From Felis catus (taxonomy: Eukaryota): a stretch of DNA of 64,000 nucleotides. Below, piece by piece: positions 47,491-59,449 of the stretch. The position numbers were made by a program, and so were the translations under genes. Location: positions 3,536,001-3,600,000 of the forward strand of contig NC_058369.1 of the NCBI RefSeq assembly GCF_018350175.1, read 5' to 3'. Positions within the stretch are counted from its first letter, which is position 1; each line of letters begins with the position of its first letter. The notes under the pieces are model-generated. The model made no database searches, was not told where the DNA came from, and saw nothing but the letters and a program-made list of their open reading frames with translations.

Positions 47491-49818
47491 GAAACGGGGC
47501 AGCTCTGGGAGGGGTCCAGACGCCCTCACCTGCCTGCCTTCAGTGCCAGCACCGCCTGCCAGGGTGACCTTGAGAAAGACGCGTCCCCTCCCCTGCCTCC
47601 ATTTCCTCCTCTGCGACACGAGAGCCGCCCACACTTGCCTGGTGTCCCCCGAGAGGGCGACGCTACGATTTCCCCCACCTGCAAATGGCAAAATGTGTCC
47701 AGAGACATGAGGTCCCTTGCCCAAAGTCACACAGCCGGTGGGTCACGGAGCTGGGACTTGAAGCCATGAAACGTGGCTCCAGAGGCGTGTGTGCAGCCAC
47801 AAAACTCCACTGCCTGTTGGGAATAATAATAAGCCCACTGCTGGGATCGTTTCAGGGCATTGTGCTGCCATAGCCTTACGGAAAGTTCCGAGCCCCGATG
47901 CCTGGAAGTCAGCAGGCATCCCATACGTGTTCGCTAGGGAGGTGATCAGGCTCCCAGGTGGCCCCCAGGGACCCCCATCCTGGCATTCACAGCCCAGGGC
48001 GGGGCTTCCAGCCGTAACCCAGAATCCACCTTCGTGACTGACAGACCTCGGCAGAAGTGACGGGCTGTCACCAGTGACATAAAACACCAGCTTGGTCACT
48101 CTCTGGCACCCCGTCGGGGGTAAGGAAGCGAGGCCGCCCGTCATGAGCCACGTGAGGGGGGCGGCTTGGGCTCCCAGCAACTCCAGCCCCGGTCGAGCCT
48201 TCAGATGAGGCGGCCCCAGCCGACCGCTTGACCGTGACCTCATGAGAGACTCCAGCCAGAGGCCCCCAACTCACCTTCCTCCAGATTCCGGACACCCAGT
48301 CTCTCTCTGTGTGAGATGCTAAGTGTTTGTTGTTTTTATTTATTTTTAAATATGTTCTCCTATCCCATGGGTTGCCTTTTCACTTTTTATTTATGAGAGA
48401 GAGGGCAAGCAGGGGAGTGGGGCAGAGGGGGGGGGGGGGGGGGGGGGAGAATCTCAAGCAGGCTCCACACTCAGCACAGAGCCCAAGACGGGGCTCGATC
48501 CTACGACCCTGGGACCACGACCTGAGCTGAAATCAAGAGTCGGGCACTCAACCCACTGAGCCACCCAGGCGCCCCAGTGTTTGGTGTTTTTAAACCGGGA
48601 GGTTCCGGGGTAATTTACGCAGCAGCGGCTGATACGGGCCGTGCTGATGAGACACTAGCCATTGCTGAGAGCCAGCTCCGCGCGTGACCGGGCTATGGCT
48701 ACTCGTCTTCTATTTCTCAGAAAGAAGGAAAGAGGAAAAAAACGCCAAGCTGGCTCTTCCTCAGACCCTTGCCTGAGCGACACTGTTGTCATCTTCAACT
48801 CTCAGGCCCAATGGCACCGTCTCGGGAGCCCTACACATCCACACCCGTCCTTCCCAGTCTGTCTCGCCCACGTCACCTGCTCCCCCACAGTGCGTCACGG
48901 GTGGACGTGCCTTGTGCGTTAGACTTTTCGCGTTTGTCACCTGTCTCCTGACCCCGGGGCACCAGAGGAGGGGGCTGAGACTCTCGTGGCCCGGAGCAGG
49001 GACCTAACAAATACTTGTGGGATAAATGAATGAATGAATGGGGCCAGAGCTCCTATGGTCCCAATGTTGTGGATGAAACCACGGGCACAGAAAAAGGCCT
49101 TTCCCAAGTGCGCACGACAGATGCTAGGGACACTGTTCCAAACCTCGGAACTTAGGCCACCGGCTGCTCAAAGCAGGTCATATTCAGATTTAGAAAAAAA
49201 AAATGCCACTTCAGATCCATTCCAGGAGGCTGAGGACACTTTCACGGGCCTCACTACATAAACGATTCAGGATTTTTTTTTTTTTTAAGTGCATTTTGAG
49301 TAGATACAGGCCATTCCGGGGCCCCAAGGCCAAGGTCAAAGACTCCAGAAAGGTTGGAGACGGCACGGGGAGAGCCAGCACTGGGGGCAGAGGTGCAAGG
49401 CGGACGGGACTGAGCCGACGCAGGGAGCAGGGTGGAAGAGAAGTGGGTGAGAAGGGGCAGGGGGGTGGAGGGGGCAGCGCTGGGGGGAAGGATGTAGAGG
49501 CAGGTGGCTGTCTGAATGTTTCAGAAATAGAAGCGGCCTGACATGCCGAAGTGCTGACTGGGGGGCGGGGGGCGAGACAGCACAGACCCCCCCAAAGGCC
49601 GCCGACTTCCTCGCGTGGAGGACAGACAACCCACAAGTGAGGGACGCTCACAGCATATCTATCAGCTGGGGACAAATGCCGTGGAGAAACAGCAGACGGG
49701 AAGGAGGGTCTCGAACCCCATGAGTCAGGGGTGGGTGGTTGAAGTTTTAAACAACGTGAATCAAGAAGGCTTCAACGATGACAGAGATTTCAACAGGACG
49801 TAAAAACGGAGAGAGGGA

Positions 49819-51517
49819 GGGGCGCCCGGGGGGCTCAGTCCGTCGAGCATCCGATTTCGGCTCAGGTCATGATCTCGCGGTTCGTGGGTTCGAGCCCCCG
49901 CGTCGGGCTCTGTGCTGACAGCTCAGAGCCCGGAGTCTGCTTTGGATTGTGTGTCCCGCTCTCTCTCCGCCCCACCCCTGCTTGTGCTGTCTCTCTCTGT
50001 CTTTCAAAAATGAATAAACATTAAAAAAAAAAAATGGAGAGAGTGACCCATAGGGACATCTGAGGGAAGAGAGGTCCAGGAGGAGGGAACTACGTATGCA
50101 AAGGCCCTGGGGCAGGACCAGCCCAGCTTGATGGAGGAGCAGTGAGGAGGGAGAAGGCCCGCACGGCTGAGTGGGTGAGGGGGAGGGGGAGAGAGGGAGG
50201 AGGGGGAGGAGACCTGGCGGGTAGTCCGGAGGACTTGAACTTTCACACTGAGGGAGGCGGGACCAAAGAAGTTGGAACCACCTTAGACCTGTCTAAATGT
50301 GGTGGCTGTGTCTTAGGTGTGCCGCCACGAGGAGGAAGGACTCCAAGGGCCACACTGGCTATTACTTCAAGGGAAGAAGCCACAGATGCAGAGTTTCAGG
50401 AAACTGCTAAGTTTTGTCAAGTGGGCAATCAATTCAAATATTTTTAAAACTTTTTAAATGCTTATTTACTTTTGAGAGAGAGAGGGACACAGACAGAGTG
50501 CGAGCAAGGGGGTGGGGGGGCAGAGGGGAGAGGGAGACACAGAATCCGAAGCAGGCTCCGGGCTCCGAGCTGTCAGCACAGAGCCCGACGCGGGGCTCGA
50601 ACCCACGAACCGTGAGATCATGGCCTGAGCCGAAGTCTGGCAATCAACCGGCTGAGCCACCCAGGTGCACCCAATCTAGTGGGTCCCCCGAAGGCCACGG
50701 ATCTTCCTGTTGTTCGTTAAACTTACCAGGCACAGTCCTGCCTCAGGACCTTTGCACCAGCTGCTCTCTGCCTGCAGTACTGTTGCTGGGTATCCCCCCC
50801 CCCCCCCCAGCTCACTCCCTACCCTCCTGCAGATTTTTAAAATCAAGACTGGCTTGATGACGGAGGCTCCTGGCCGGCTCAGTCGGTAGTGTTCGACTCT
50901 TGATCTAGGGGTCGTGAGTTCAAGCCCGATGTTGGGCATAGAGATTAGTTTAAAAAAAGGAAGGAAAAAAAAAAAAAAAAAAAGGGACCGCTCTCATGAT
51001 ACTGTGCGTAACTGCCCAGGCCAGAGGGCAGTTTATTTACTGAAACAAATAAAGTATTTTGGCCCCCAGCCATGCCCACTGATATACACACAGCGCGTGG
51101 CCGCCTTCCAACGACAGCCACGGAGTTGAGAGGCTGCAGAGCTGAAAACACTCCTTTACAGAAGACGTTTGACAAGACACCGGGATGTGACTTTGCACCC
51201 CCGCTCCTCAGAGGGGCAAACTCAACCAACGTGACCGGGCAGAACAGCTAACTGGCCCCAATATCTGTAACCTTTTATTTATGTATTTATTTTAATCTTT
51301 ATTTGGGGAGAGAGAAACAGGGCACAAGCTGGGGAGGGGCAGAGAGAGAGGGAGACACAGAATCTGAAACAGGCTCCGGGCTCTGAGCTGTGGGCACAGA
51401 GCCCGACACGGGGCTCGAACTCACGGACCGTGAGATCACGACCTGAGCGGAAGTCAGACGCTCAACCGACTGAGCCACCCCGGGGCCCCTCAGTGTTTGT
51501 AACCTTAAGACCAAAAG

Positions 51518-51551
<34 letters not shown>

Positions 51552-52867
51552 ACATAATCATCATGCAGCACACAGGCTTCAATGGCCGTGACCGGCTGAC
51601 CTGTGTCCCCCTGAAAAATCCGTGTGTTGGAGCCCCGACCCCCAGGACCGACTTGATTTCTGCTCAGGTCCTGACCTCACGGGCTCGTGAGTTCAAGCCC
51701 CGCCTGGGGCTCTGCGCTGACAGCGTGGTGCCTGCTTGGGTTTCTCCTTCTCTCTCTGCCCTTCTCCTCCTTGCTCTTTGTATCTTTCTCAAAAATAAAT
51801 AAAAACTAAAAAAAAAAAAAAATCGGCTTACACACGTAGGTCAAATCTGTTTGAAATGATCAAGACCGCGGCTAGAAACACGGTCCGATCTGCCCCTTCC
51901 ACGGCCGTGACCATGAGTCACAGGTCGACTGTTCTCTGCGCTCGCCAAGGACTCCTGGGAGCAGCTGTGTTTATAACTTACAAGGAAAAAACCAGATGTG
52001 CTGACATGCACCCTCCAATTTATTTGGGGCGGGGGGAGAGAGCCAGGGAGGGGCAGAGAGGGTGGGGGGGGGACAGAGGATCCGAAGCAGGCTCTGTCCC
52101 AAACGCGCCGAGCCCGATGCGGGGCTCGAACCACACCACTGGCAACAATGGAGTCCCCGAGAGTGGAGCGGCCCCCACTCGTGTGAGGGCCGAAGTCCGC
52201 CTCCTTGGTGTGATGCCCGCCTGGAAGGAGTCACCTCCAGGGCAAGCGGGAGCAGTCGCTAGGACCCTGCCCTTGGGGTTCTAACCTCAGTTCTGTCACT
52301 TCCAGGCTAGGACCCTGGGCAGGCCGTGTGCCTACGGGTGCCTCGATCTCCGCATCTCTGAAATGGGTGCAGTGACAAGCCCTCGCTGCTAGTGGTGTGG
52401 ACCGAAGGGGTTCACGCCTGCGGAACGTCTGGAACAGCGCCTGGCACGGCTGTGGCGGGAGCTGAAGCCCCCCCCCCCCCCCCGGAAGTCTCAGGCTCTG
52501 AGTCGGGCTCAGAATCGGCGAGGCAGGACTGCCCCGGGCCTGCATTCCCGCATTCCCGGCAACTGTCTACAGCCACCCACCCTTCTCTACCTCCTCACCC
52601 ACCAGCCTGAGCCTGACTCTGGCTGTACCAACCCTGCCCGCCTCCCGGGATCCACCCCCCCCCCCCCATCAATGTCTATGGATTTTTTGAGAGAGCAGAG
52701 ACAGGGTGTGAGCGGGGGAGGGGGCAGAGAGAGAGGGAGACACAGAATCCGAAACAGGCCCCAGGCTCCGAGCCATCAGCCCAGAGCCCGACGCGGGGCT
52801 CGAACCCACAGACTGCGAGATCATGACCTGAGCCGAAGTGCTTAACGGACCGAACCACCAGGCGCCC
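49819..52867. mobile_element. Intronic cluster of CAN-SINEs with L2, MER58-like and LTR fragments
   Basis: SINEs at ~49819 (+), 50450 (-), 51285 (-), 51650 (+), 52020 (-) and 52676 (-). Confidence 0.8.
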
Positions 52868-53189
52868 CGTTCCTCTTCCTCTTTTTAAAACATTTTTAAC
52901 CACATCTGGCTCCTGGCCATCCCCTCCTCCCCGACTCTCCCGCAGTCTCTGAGGTCTCTTCACACGCTGGACAAATCTTTCTCGAGCACCTCGTATTGGC
53001 AAAGGGCTGCTGTTGCAGCCCCAGACGGGCAGAGCTCACAGTCTCGTTGGAGGAGACCAATAATAAACCTGACCGTGACCCGCTGCAGAGCATGGAACGG
53101 GCCGCGAAGAAAACGCGCCAGGGTGCGGCAGTGAGGAACAGGGGAAAGGTTCCAGAAGCCTGAAGAGCAAGGGAGACCTCTGGAGGGAA

Positions 53190-53613
53190 ATGACATGTCG
53201 GTGGAGACCTGAAGGAGGTGAGAGAGCAACTCGGGTGACGATCTGGGGGAAGACGGTTTCAGGCAAAAGGAGCCGCAAGTGCAAAGGTCCGGGGGCAGGT
53301 CAGAGTCCAGCGTGTTGCAGGAATGGGGAGGAGGCCCGTGTGGCTGGCGCGGAGTGTGTGAGGGGGAGGGAAGGAAAGGGGGCGGGGTCCTGCAGGGCCT
53401 TGAACGCCACGGGGAGGACTTGGGCTTTTACCCTGAGGGAGATGGGAGCTCTGGGGGGGGCTGTGGGCAGAGGGGAGTGGGGCCTGACTCAGGAGCTCAC
53501 AGGCGCCCTCCAGTGGCCGCTTCCGGAAGAACGGACTGTGGGGAGCAGGGAGAGGAGCCTGGGACCTGGGGGGAGGTGACCACTGGCCCAGCCCAGCAAT
53601 GATGGGCGCTGGG

Positions 53614-53655
<42 letters not shown>

Positions 53656-53760
53656 TCAAGGAAGTGGGGGGAAATGGTTGGGTTTGTGGATAATTTGGAG
53701 AAAGGGAGAGGAGCAGGAGGAGGCAAGGGGGGTACCTGGGCTTTTGTCCTGAATGTTCTA
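53190..53760 (-). mobile_element. L2-like element with variant CTCF motif (53503-53516) and G39 run
   Basis: Aligns by eye with the copies at 40.4 and 42.6 kb (GGGGAGGACTTGGGCTTTT, GCTCACAGGCGCCCTC). Confidence 0.7.
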
Positions 53761-54459
53761 GACACACAATGAGGAGCTGCTTTGTGGTTACGAGGGAGAA
53801 ATCAGAGGTTATCTCAGTCACGACTCCTTGGGTCAAGTCCTCCCTGTTCCCACCCTCCCCCTTCCCTTCCCTGACCTCACCCCCTTCCACTCCCCCTTGC
53901 TCCCTCAGATCCAGCCACACTGTTCCTTAAATATGCCAGACTGGATCCTGCCTCAGGGCCTTTGCATTAGCTGTTCCCTCAGCCCAGGACACCCTTCCCC
54001 AGATAGCCACATGGCTGGCTCCCTTGCTGCCTTCAGATCTCCGGCTCACACGTCACTTCCTCATCAAGGTCACCCTTGGCCACCCTGCCTAAAACTGAAG
54101 CCCATTCCCCCACACCCCCTGCTTTGTGCTTCTCCTTACCTGACATGATAGATTTTACCTACTTTATTGCACAGGCACCACACCCTACCGGAGTGAGCAC
54201 CCCTAAGACCGGGATGTGCGTTTGTCTTGTTACACAGCTGTACCTAGTGACTGGCACACAGTAGGTACTTAATAAATCCTGCCGGAATCAATCAACGAAT
54301 GGACAGAACAGCACCTGGCACACAGTAAGCGCTCAATAAATGTTTCCTGCTGACTCATTCCTCTCCCCAGCAAGACAAAAAGTCTAATCTGCTTTCCACC
54401 AGGACTGGCGCATAGTAGAGGCACGACTCACTCCTTTTGGCTAATTAAGAAATGTGACA

Positions 54460-54835
54460 GGGGCGCCTGGGTGGCATCTGGATTTCGGCTCAGGTCATGA
54501 TCTCACTGTTCCATGAGTTGGAGCCCCGCATCGGGCTCTGGAGCCTGCTTGGAATTCTCTCTCTCTTTGCCACCCCCCCCCCACTTCAAAATAAATAAAA
54601 TATTTTTTAAAAATTTATAGGGGCACCTGGGTGGCTCAGTCGGTTAAGCGTCCGACTTCGGCTCAGGTCATGATCTCACGGTCCGTGAGTTCGAGCCCCG
54701 CGTCGGGCTCTGTGCTGACAGCTCAGAGCCTGCTTCGGATTCTGTGTCTCCCTCTCTCTCTGCCCCACCCCCGCTTGCGCTCTGTCTCTCTCTCTCTCTC
54801 AAAAATGAATAAACGTTTAAAAAAATTATTAAAAA
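54460..54835 (+). mobile_element. Two tandem CAN-SINEs
   Basis: Heads at ~54460 and 54619. Confidence 0.85.
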
Positions 54836-55611
54836 GAAAAGAAATACGACAAGGCACGGAAGGCAAAACGTATCCAGGTTGCCTCTGAAAAATGTGCGGG
54901 AGACTGAAGGGGTATTCGTTTAACAAGTGTTTCCTGAGCAGCTACTATGGACCAGACACCGAATTAAGCCCATGACAACCCTGTAAGTTAGGACTATTTT
55001 GACTGCCGAGTTAAGAAAGGGAGGCACAGAGAGGTACAGCGGCTTGCCCTGGGTCACACAAGTGGGAAGTAAAGGGGCAGGGATTTAAACCAGGAAGCCT
55101 GGCTCCAGGGTTCCTGACCTTACTCACGCAGCACCTACTATGTGCCGGCCCCTTGCCATGCCTGGATCTGAGGAATCCGCAAGCCAGGCCAGCAGAGAAG
55201 CTGCTGGAAATGCATTCTCTGCACTCGGCAAGCATCATCTTGCTTTGTTTATTTGTCCTGACGGAGGGCTCCGGGAGGGCCCTGCTTTGCCCCTACTGTG
55301 TGCCCAGCATCCTGAACCGGGCCTCCTGGCACGCGGCAGGTTGGTCACAAATGTGTGTTGAAGGATGAACACATGTCCCTATTCAGAGGAGGAGCCGGGC
55401 GCAGGCAGGTTTAGGGCCCACCCCCCCCCGACACCCCCCCCCGACACCCCCCCCACACACAACCGCCCCCCCAATCTCCAGCTTGCGTGGCTGTCCCCGC
55501 GGCGGCCCCTTCCCAACCTCCTACTTCAGCCACAGGGAGAGGGAAGAAAAGGCCCCGTGCGTGAGGCTCTCTGGGGCCACCCAGATCAGAATGTTGCCAG
55601 CAGCCATGGGG

Positions 55612-55644
<33 letters not shown>

Positions 55645-56149
55645 CGGGCGCGACTTGCAGGGACTCGGAGGCGAGGACCAGCCAACCAACCCTGTCCCCC
55701 ACGGGAAGGGGTGGGGGTGCGGGGGCCGAGCTGAGGGAAGCAGGCTCCTGCCGGGGAGGGGGGTTCCGGGAGCCCCTGGAAAAAGTGGTTTCAGGGCCCC
55801 GAAGGGGCTGGGGGCCCGAGGGGCGAGCGGGAGAGGCGGGGCTTGGGGGGCTGGAAGAACAGGGACCGGGGAAGGGGGCTCCAAGCTCCTGGAGGAAATC
55901 AGAAACATGGGGTGGGGGGCTGGAGAGGAATGGGGGGGGGGTTGGGGAGAGGTACCGGATGTTGGGGAGAAATCCGGGTTGGAGGACTGCTGGGTGTTGG
56001 GAGAAGTCCAGAAGAGTTGGGGAGAGATCGGTGGCGTTGGGAAGGAATTGGGGTGTTGGGGAGGGATCCGGGAGGGGGGGTGGACTTCGAGGGGTTGGAA
56101 AGGAATTCGGGGTGCTGGAAAGAGATCTGGGGTGCTGAGGAGCAATGGG

Positions 56150-56900
56150 GGGGGTAAGGAGGAAGCAGGGGGTCAGGGAGGACCAGGGCCACCCGGGAGA
56201 GGAGCCGAGCGTTGAGGGGGACGCCGAAGAAGGGGCGCGAGGGCGCCATGAACTGGGGGGGGGGGTGCAGCTGGTCGCGAACCCTGGGGAGGAGCCGCAG
56301 GCGTCGGGGGTGCCCTCCCCCGCCGACGCTAAGCCCCTGGTCCCCCCCGCCACCTACCCGGGGTCCCGCTCCGTCCTCTGCGCGGGGGCTGGTGGCCCGG
56401 CGACGGGGCCCACGACTGGCGGAGCGCGGAGGGCGCTCAGACGGCTCCACCCCTGGCCTCCGCCCGCCCCTTCCGCGTCCCGCAGGGAGCCTGGCAGGAA
56501 GGTGAGGTCACGCTTTCCCGCGGGACAGGGAAAGTCCCCGAGACATCCCGCAGCGACGTCCCGCCCCCCCCTCGCCCCCCACCTCCTCCCACCCCCGCTC
56601 GGGCTGCGGCCTTTGGCAAGTTTGGTCACCTCCCGGGCGCCGGCGCTGGGGACCACGAGAGGGACAGAGCCTGGCCCTCGGGGCGCCCACAGTCTGGGGA
56701 GAAAGTAACCCCGGTTCAAAAAAACGGATCATCTGGGCGAGTGGTAACGCTTTCCACTGCCGCAAACGGGGGGCTGGAGTGATATCGGCGGAGGGCTACC
56801 CGAAATGGGGCGGAAGGGGGTCCTGGCCACCCTGGGGGCGGGGTTGGGGATCCCGGGTGGTTGGGAAAAGAGCAGCCAGACGGCATTTCTAGAAGCTGCG
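56150..56900 (-). promoter_or_regulatory. TICAM1: TICAM1 CpG-island promoter with NF-kB site
   Basis: GGGAAAGTCCCC (56528-56539) is GGGGACTTTCCC on -, the classical kB site. GC boxes at ~56460, 56560 and 56835. Confidence 0.75.
56358..56450 (-). other. TICAM1: Probable non-coding exon 1 of TICAM1 (5' end approximate)
   Basis: Donor CGG|GTAGGT on - at 56357, inside a CpG island and just downstream of a GC box and kB site. TICAM1 is known to have a non-coding first exon. Confidence 0.55.
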
Positions 56901-57339
56901 GACACGCTATTTAAACATTCATAAGGGGTCCTAGCCCTTTTGAGGGGGTCCCGGACCCAGCGCCCACATGTCCATTGGGCAGAGTTCAGATGTGGACGAT
57001 CGTACTCTCAGCCACCACCCCCCCCCCCCCCGCCGAAAATGTTTTCATTTCTTTTAAAATCAGAAAAACAAAAACAAAAACAATGAATTTAGTCCCATCC
57101 TGGGTCATAGTCGTCTTTATACCAACAGAGTTGCAAAATATAATTTTTGTTTATTTGTTTTAATGGACGAAGGGCCAATGGAAATCCTAACGCCTCTGAC
57201 CAGATTTCTTTGCCAGCGTGGAGACGCTCGGAGCCTCTTCTGAAAACACCATCGGTAGGTACATAAAACAAAGTACAAGAGGTTTACAAGGAGTGTTTTG
57301 CAAGTAAAAATATTCACTAAAATATTTTTAGAAAGCAAC

Positions 57340-57770
57340 TCCGTGATCCGTTATCACTAAATGGATAAAGGAAATGTGGTTCATCCACACTCGGGAATAT
57401 TATTCAGCATTAAAAAAGAAGGAAATCTGACACTACAACATAGGTGGACCACGAGGACATTATGCTCAGTGAAACAAGCCAGACACAAAAGGACAAATCT
57501 TGTCTGACTCCACTCATAGGAAGTCCCTAGAGGAGTCCAATTTATAGAAACAGGAAGTAGATGGTGGGAGCCAGGGGCGGGGTGGGGGGTGGGGGGGAGG
57601 AGAGTCAGTGTTTCATGGGGACAGAGGTTCAGTTTGGGAAGATGGAAAGTTCTGGAGACGGGGGTGGTTGCACAACGGCGTGAGCGTGCTGAATACCCCT
57701 GAGCTGTGCACCTAAGAGTGGCCAGATGGTAAATTTCATGTTAAGTCTATTTTACCACAATTTAAAAAAT
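57340..57770 (+). mobile_element. L1MB-like 3' end
   Basis: GGAATATTATTCAGCATTAAAAAAGAAGGAAAT...AAGTTCTGGAGA...TATTTTACCACAATTTAAAAAA. Confidence 0.85.
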
Positions 57771-57776
57771 TGTGTT

Positions 57777-58228
57777 TGGGGCGCCTGTGTTTGGGGCTCC
57801 GTTGGTTAAGCGCCCGACTTTGGCTCAGGTCATGATCTCACGGTCCGTGAGTTCGAGACCGGCGTCCGGCTCTGTGCTGACAGCTCGGAGCCTGGAGCCT
57901 GATTCAGACTCTGTGTCTCCCTCTCTCTCTGCCCCTCCCCCGTTTGCGCACGCGCGCTCGCGCTGTCTCCCTGTCTCTCTGTCTCAAAAGTAAATAAACA
58001 TTAAAAAATAAATTAAAAAAATAAAAAAATTGTGTTTGGGGTGCCTGGGGGGGGGTTCAGTCAGTTGAACCTCCTACTCTTGATTTCCGCTCAGTTCGTG
58101 ATGCCAGCGTCATGGGCTTGAGTCCCGAGTTGGGCTCCACGCTGAGCATGCAGACTGCTTAAGATCCTGTCTGTCTGTCTGTCTCTCCCTCCACTCCTCT
58201 CCCCTGCTCGCACGCTCTCTTGCTCTCT

Positions 58229-58268
<40 letters not shown>
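57777..58268 (+). mobile_element. Two tandem CAN-SINEs, the second with a long A-tail
   Basis: AAAAAATTGTGTT recurs at ~57764, ~58024 and ~58262 as duplicated target sites. Confidence 0.85.
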
Positions 58269-58271
<3 letters not shown>

Positions 58272-59449
58272 TGTTGAATACTTGTAAGATAATCACTTGA
58301 AAACACTTTTGAAATAGAACGCCACCGAAACACGCTTAGGGCTATACCTTTCTACTTGCCCCCACATTAACTGACAAGATCCAATAACCCCAGTGACTTT
58401 ACAGTGGTGATGAGCGCCGTATTTCGAGTTGTTTGCGGCAACGCAGTCTGATATGAAAATCTCTGTGGTTTTCTATTGGGGACAAAGTCGTAGCTCCTGC
58501 CGGTCCCTTCATTCATAATTGAGGAAATGGTGAATATCGGTTAAAGTCAGTGGAAATAAAGTTGTGATTTTTTTTTTCCGTGACTTCATGAATTCCATCA
58601 TGGGGTTCTGAAGAGGTCCGTGGACCCCGGGCCGAAGTGCGTGTAAAGAGTCATGGGAGGGGCATGTAAAGAGTCATGGGAAGTTATACGGATGCTATTT
58701 CCTCCCCACCTAGGGTGCCTTGCTTAGCGTGAGTCTCTGGCGGGGGAGGGATTTTATTGAGCACCTACTGTGGACCAGGCATGTCTAGGCTCTGGGAATC
58801 CATTGGGGACGAAGGAAGAAGTCCCTACCTTTGGAGCTTCTGCAGCTAGAGGTGGAGAGGCCATTAAACCCATCTTCCATGCCTCTTGGGTCCCCCCCCC
58901 ATCACTCTTACCAATTTTTGGAGTTTCATTAGGTACCTGTCCCCACATCGAACACCTCTTGATGGTCATCTGATCCTTGCCTTAAAATAATCCTCCCAGA
59001 TGGACTTGAATGTGCCCATTTTACAGGTGAGAGAACTGAGGCTCAGAGAGGGTAACCTGCTCGGAGCATCCAGGCTTCCAGGGGAAACCCTGAGCTGCAG
59101 ATGCGTAAATCTGACCACCTGCAGACCGGTACAGGTGCCCACCTCCCCTTTTCAATAAAAGAGGTGAGGTGCCCTGTGCCTATCCAATTTCTCTCCCTCC
59201 TGCTCTGGTGGGGGCGGGGCCCTCCACGGGGTGCCCATTCAGTTTTTCACTTTTGCGCACACAGACACGTATCCATGAATGTGACATTTAATGCTCTTTG
59301 GTTTCCTTTTTAATTCCCACCGGCCAGAAGTGAGCAAACTTTGTTTTCCTGCTAAAGGGCCAGATACTAAACACTGTCAGTGTTACAGTCCAGGCCAGAC
59401 CGTCCAGCAGTTTTCTGAGCCAGTGTAGGTAGCCCCACCTTGTTCCTTT

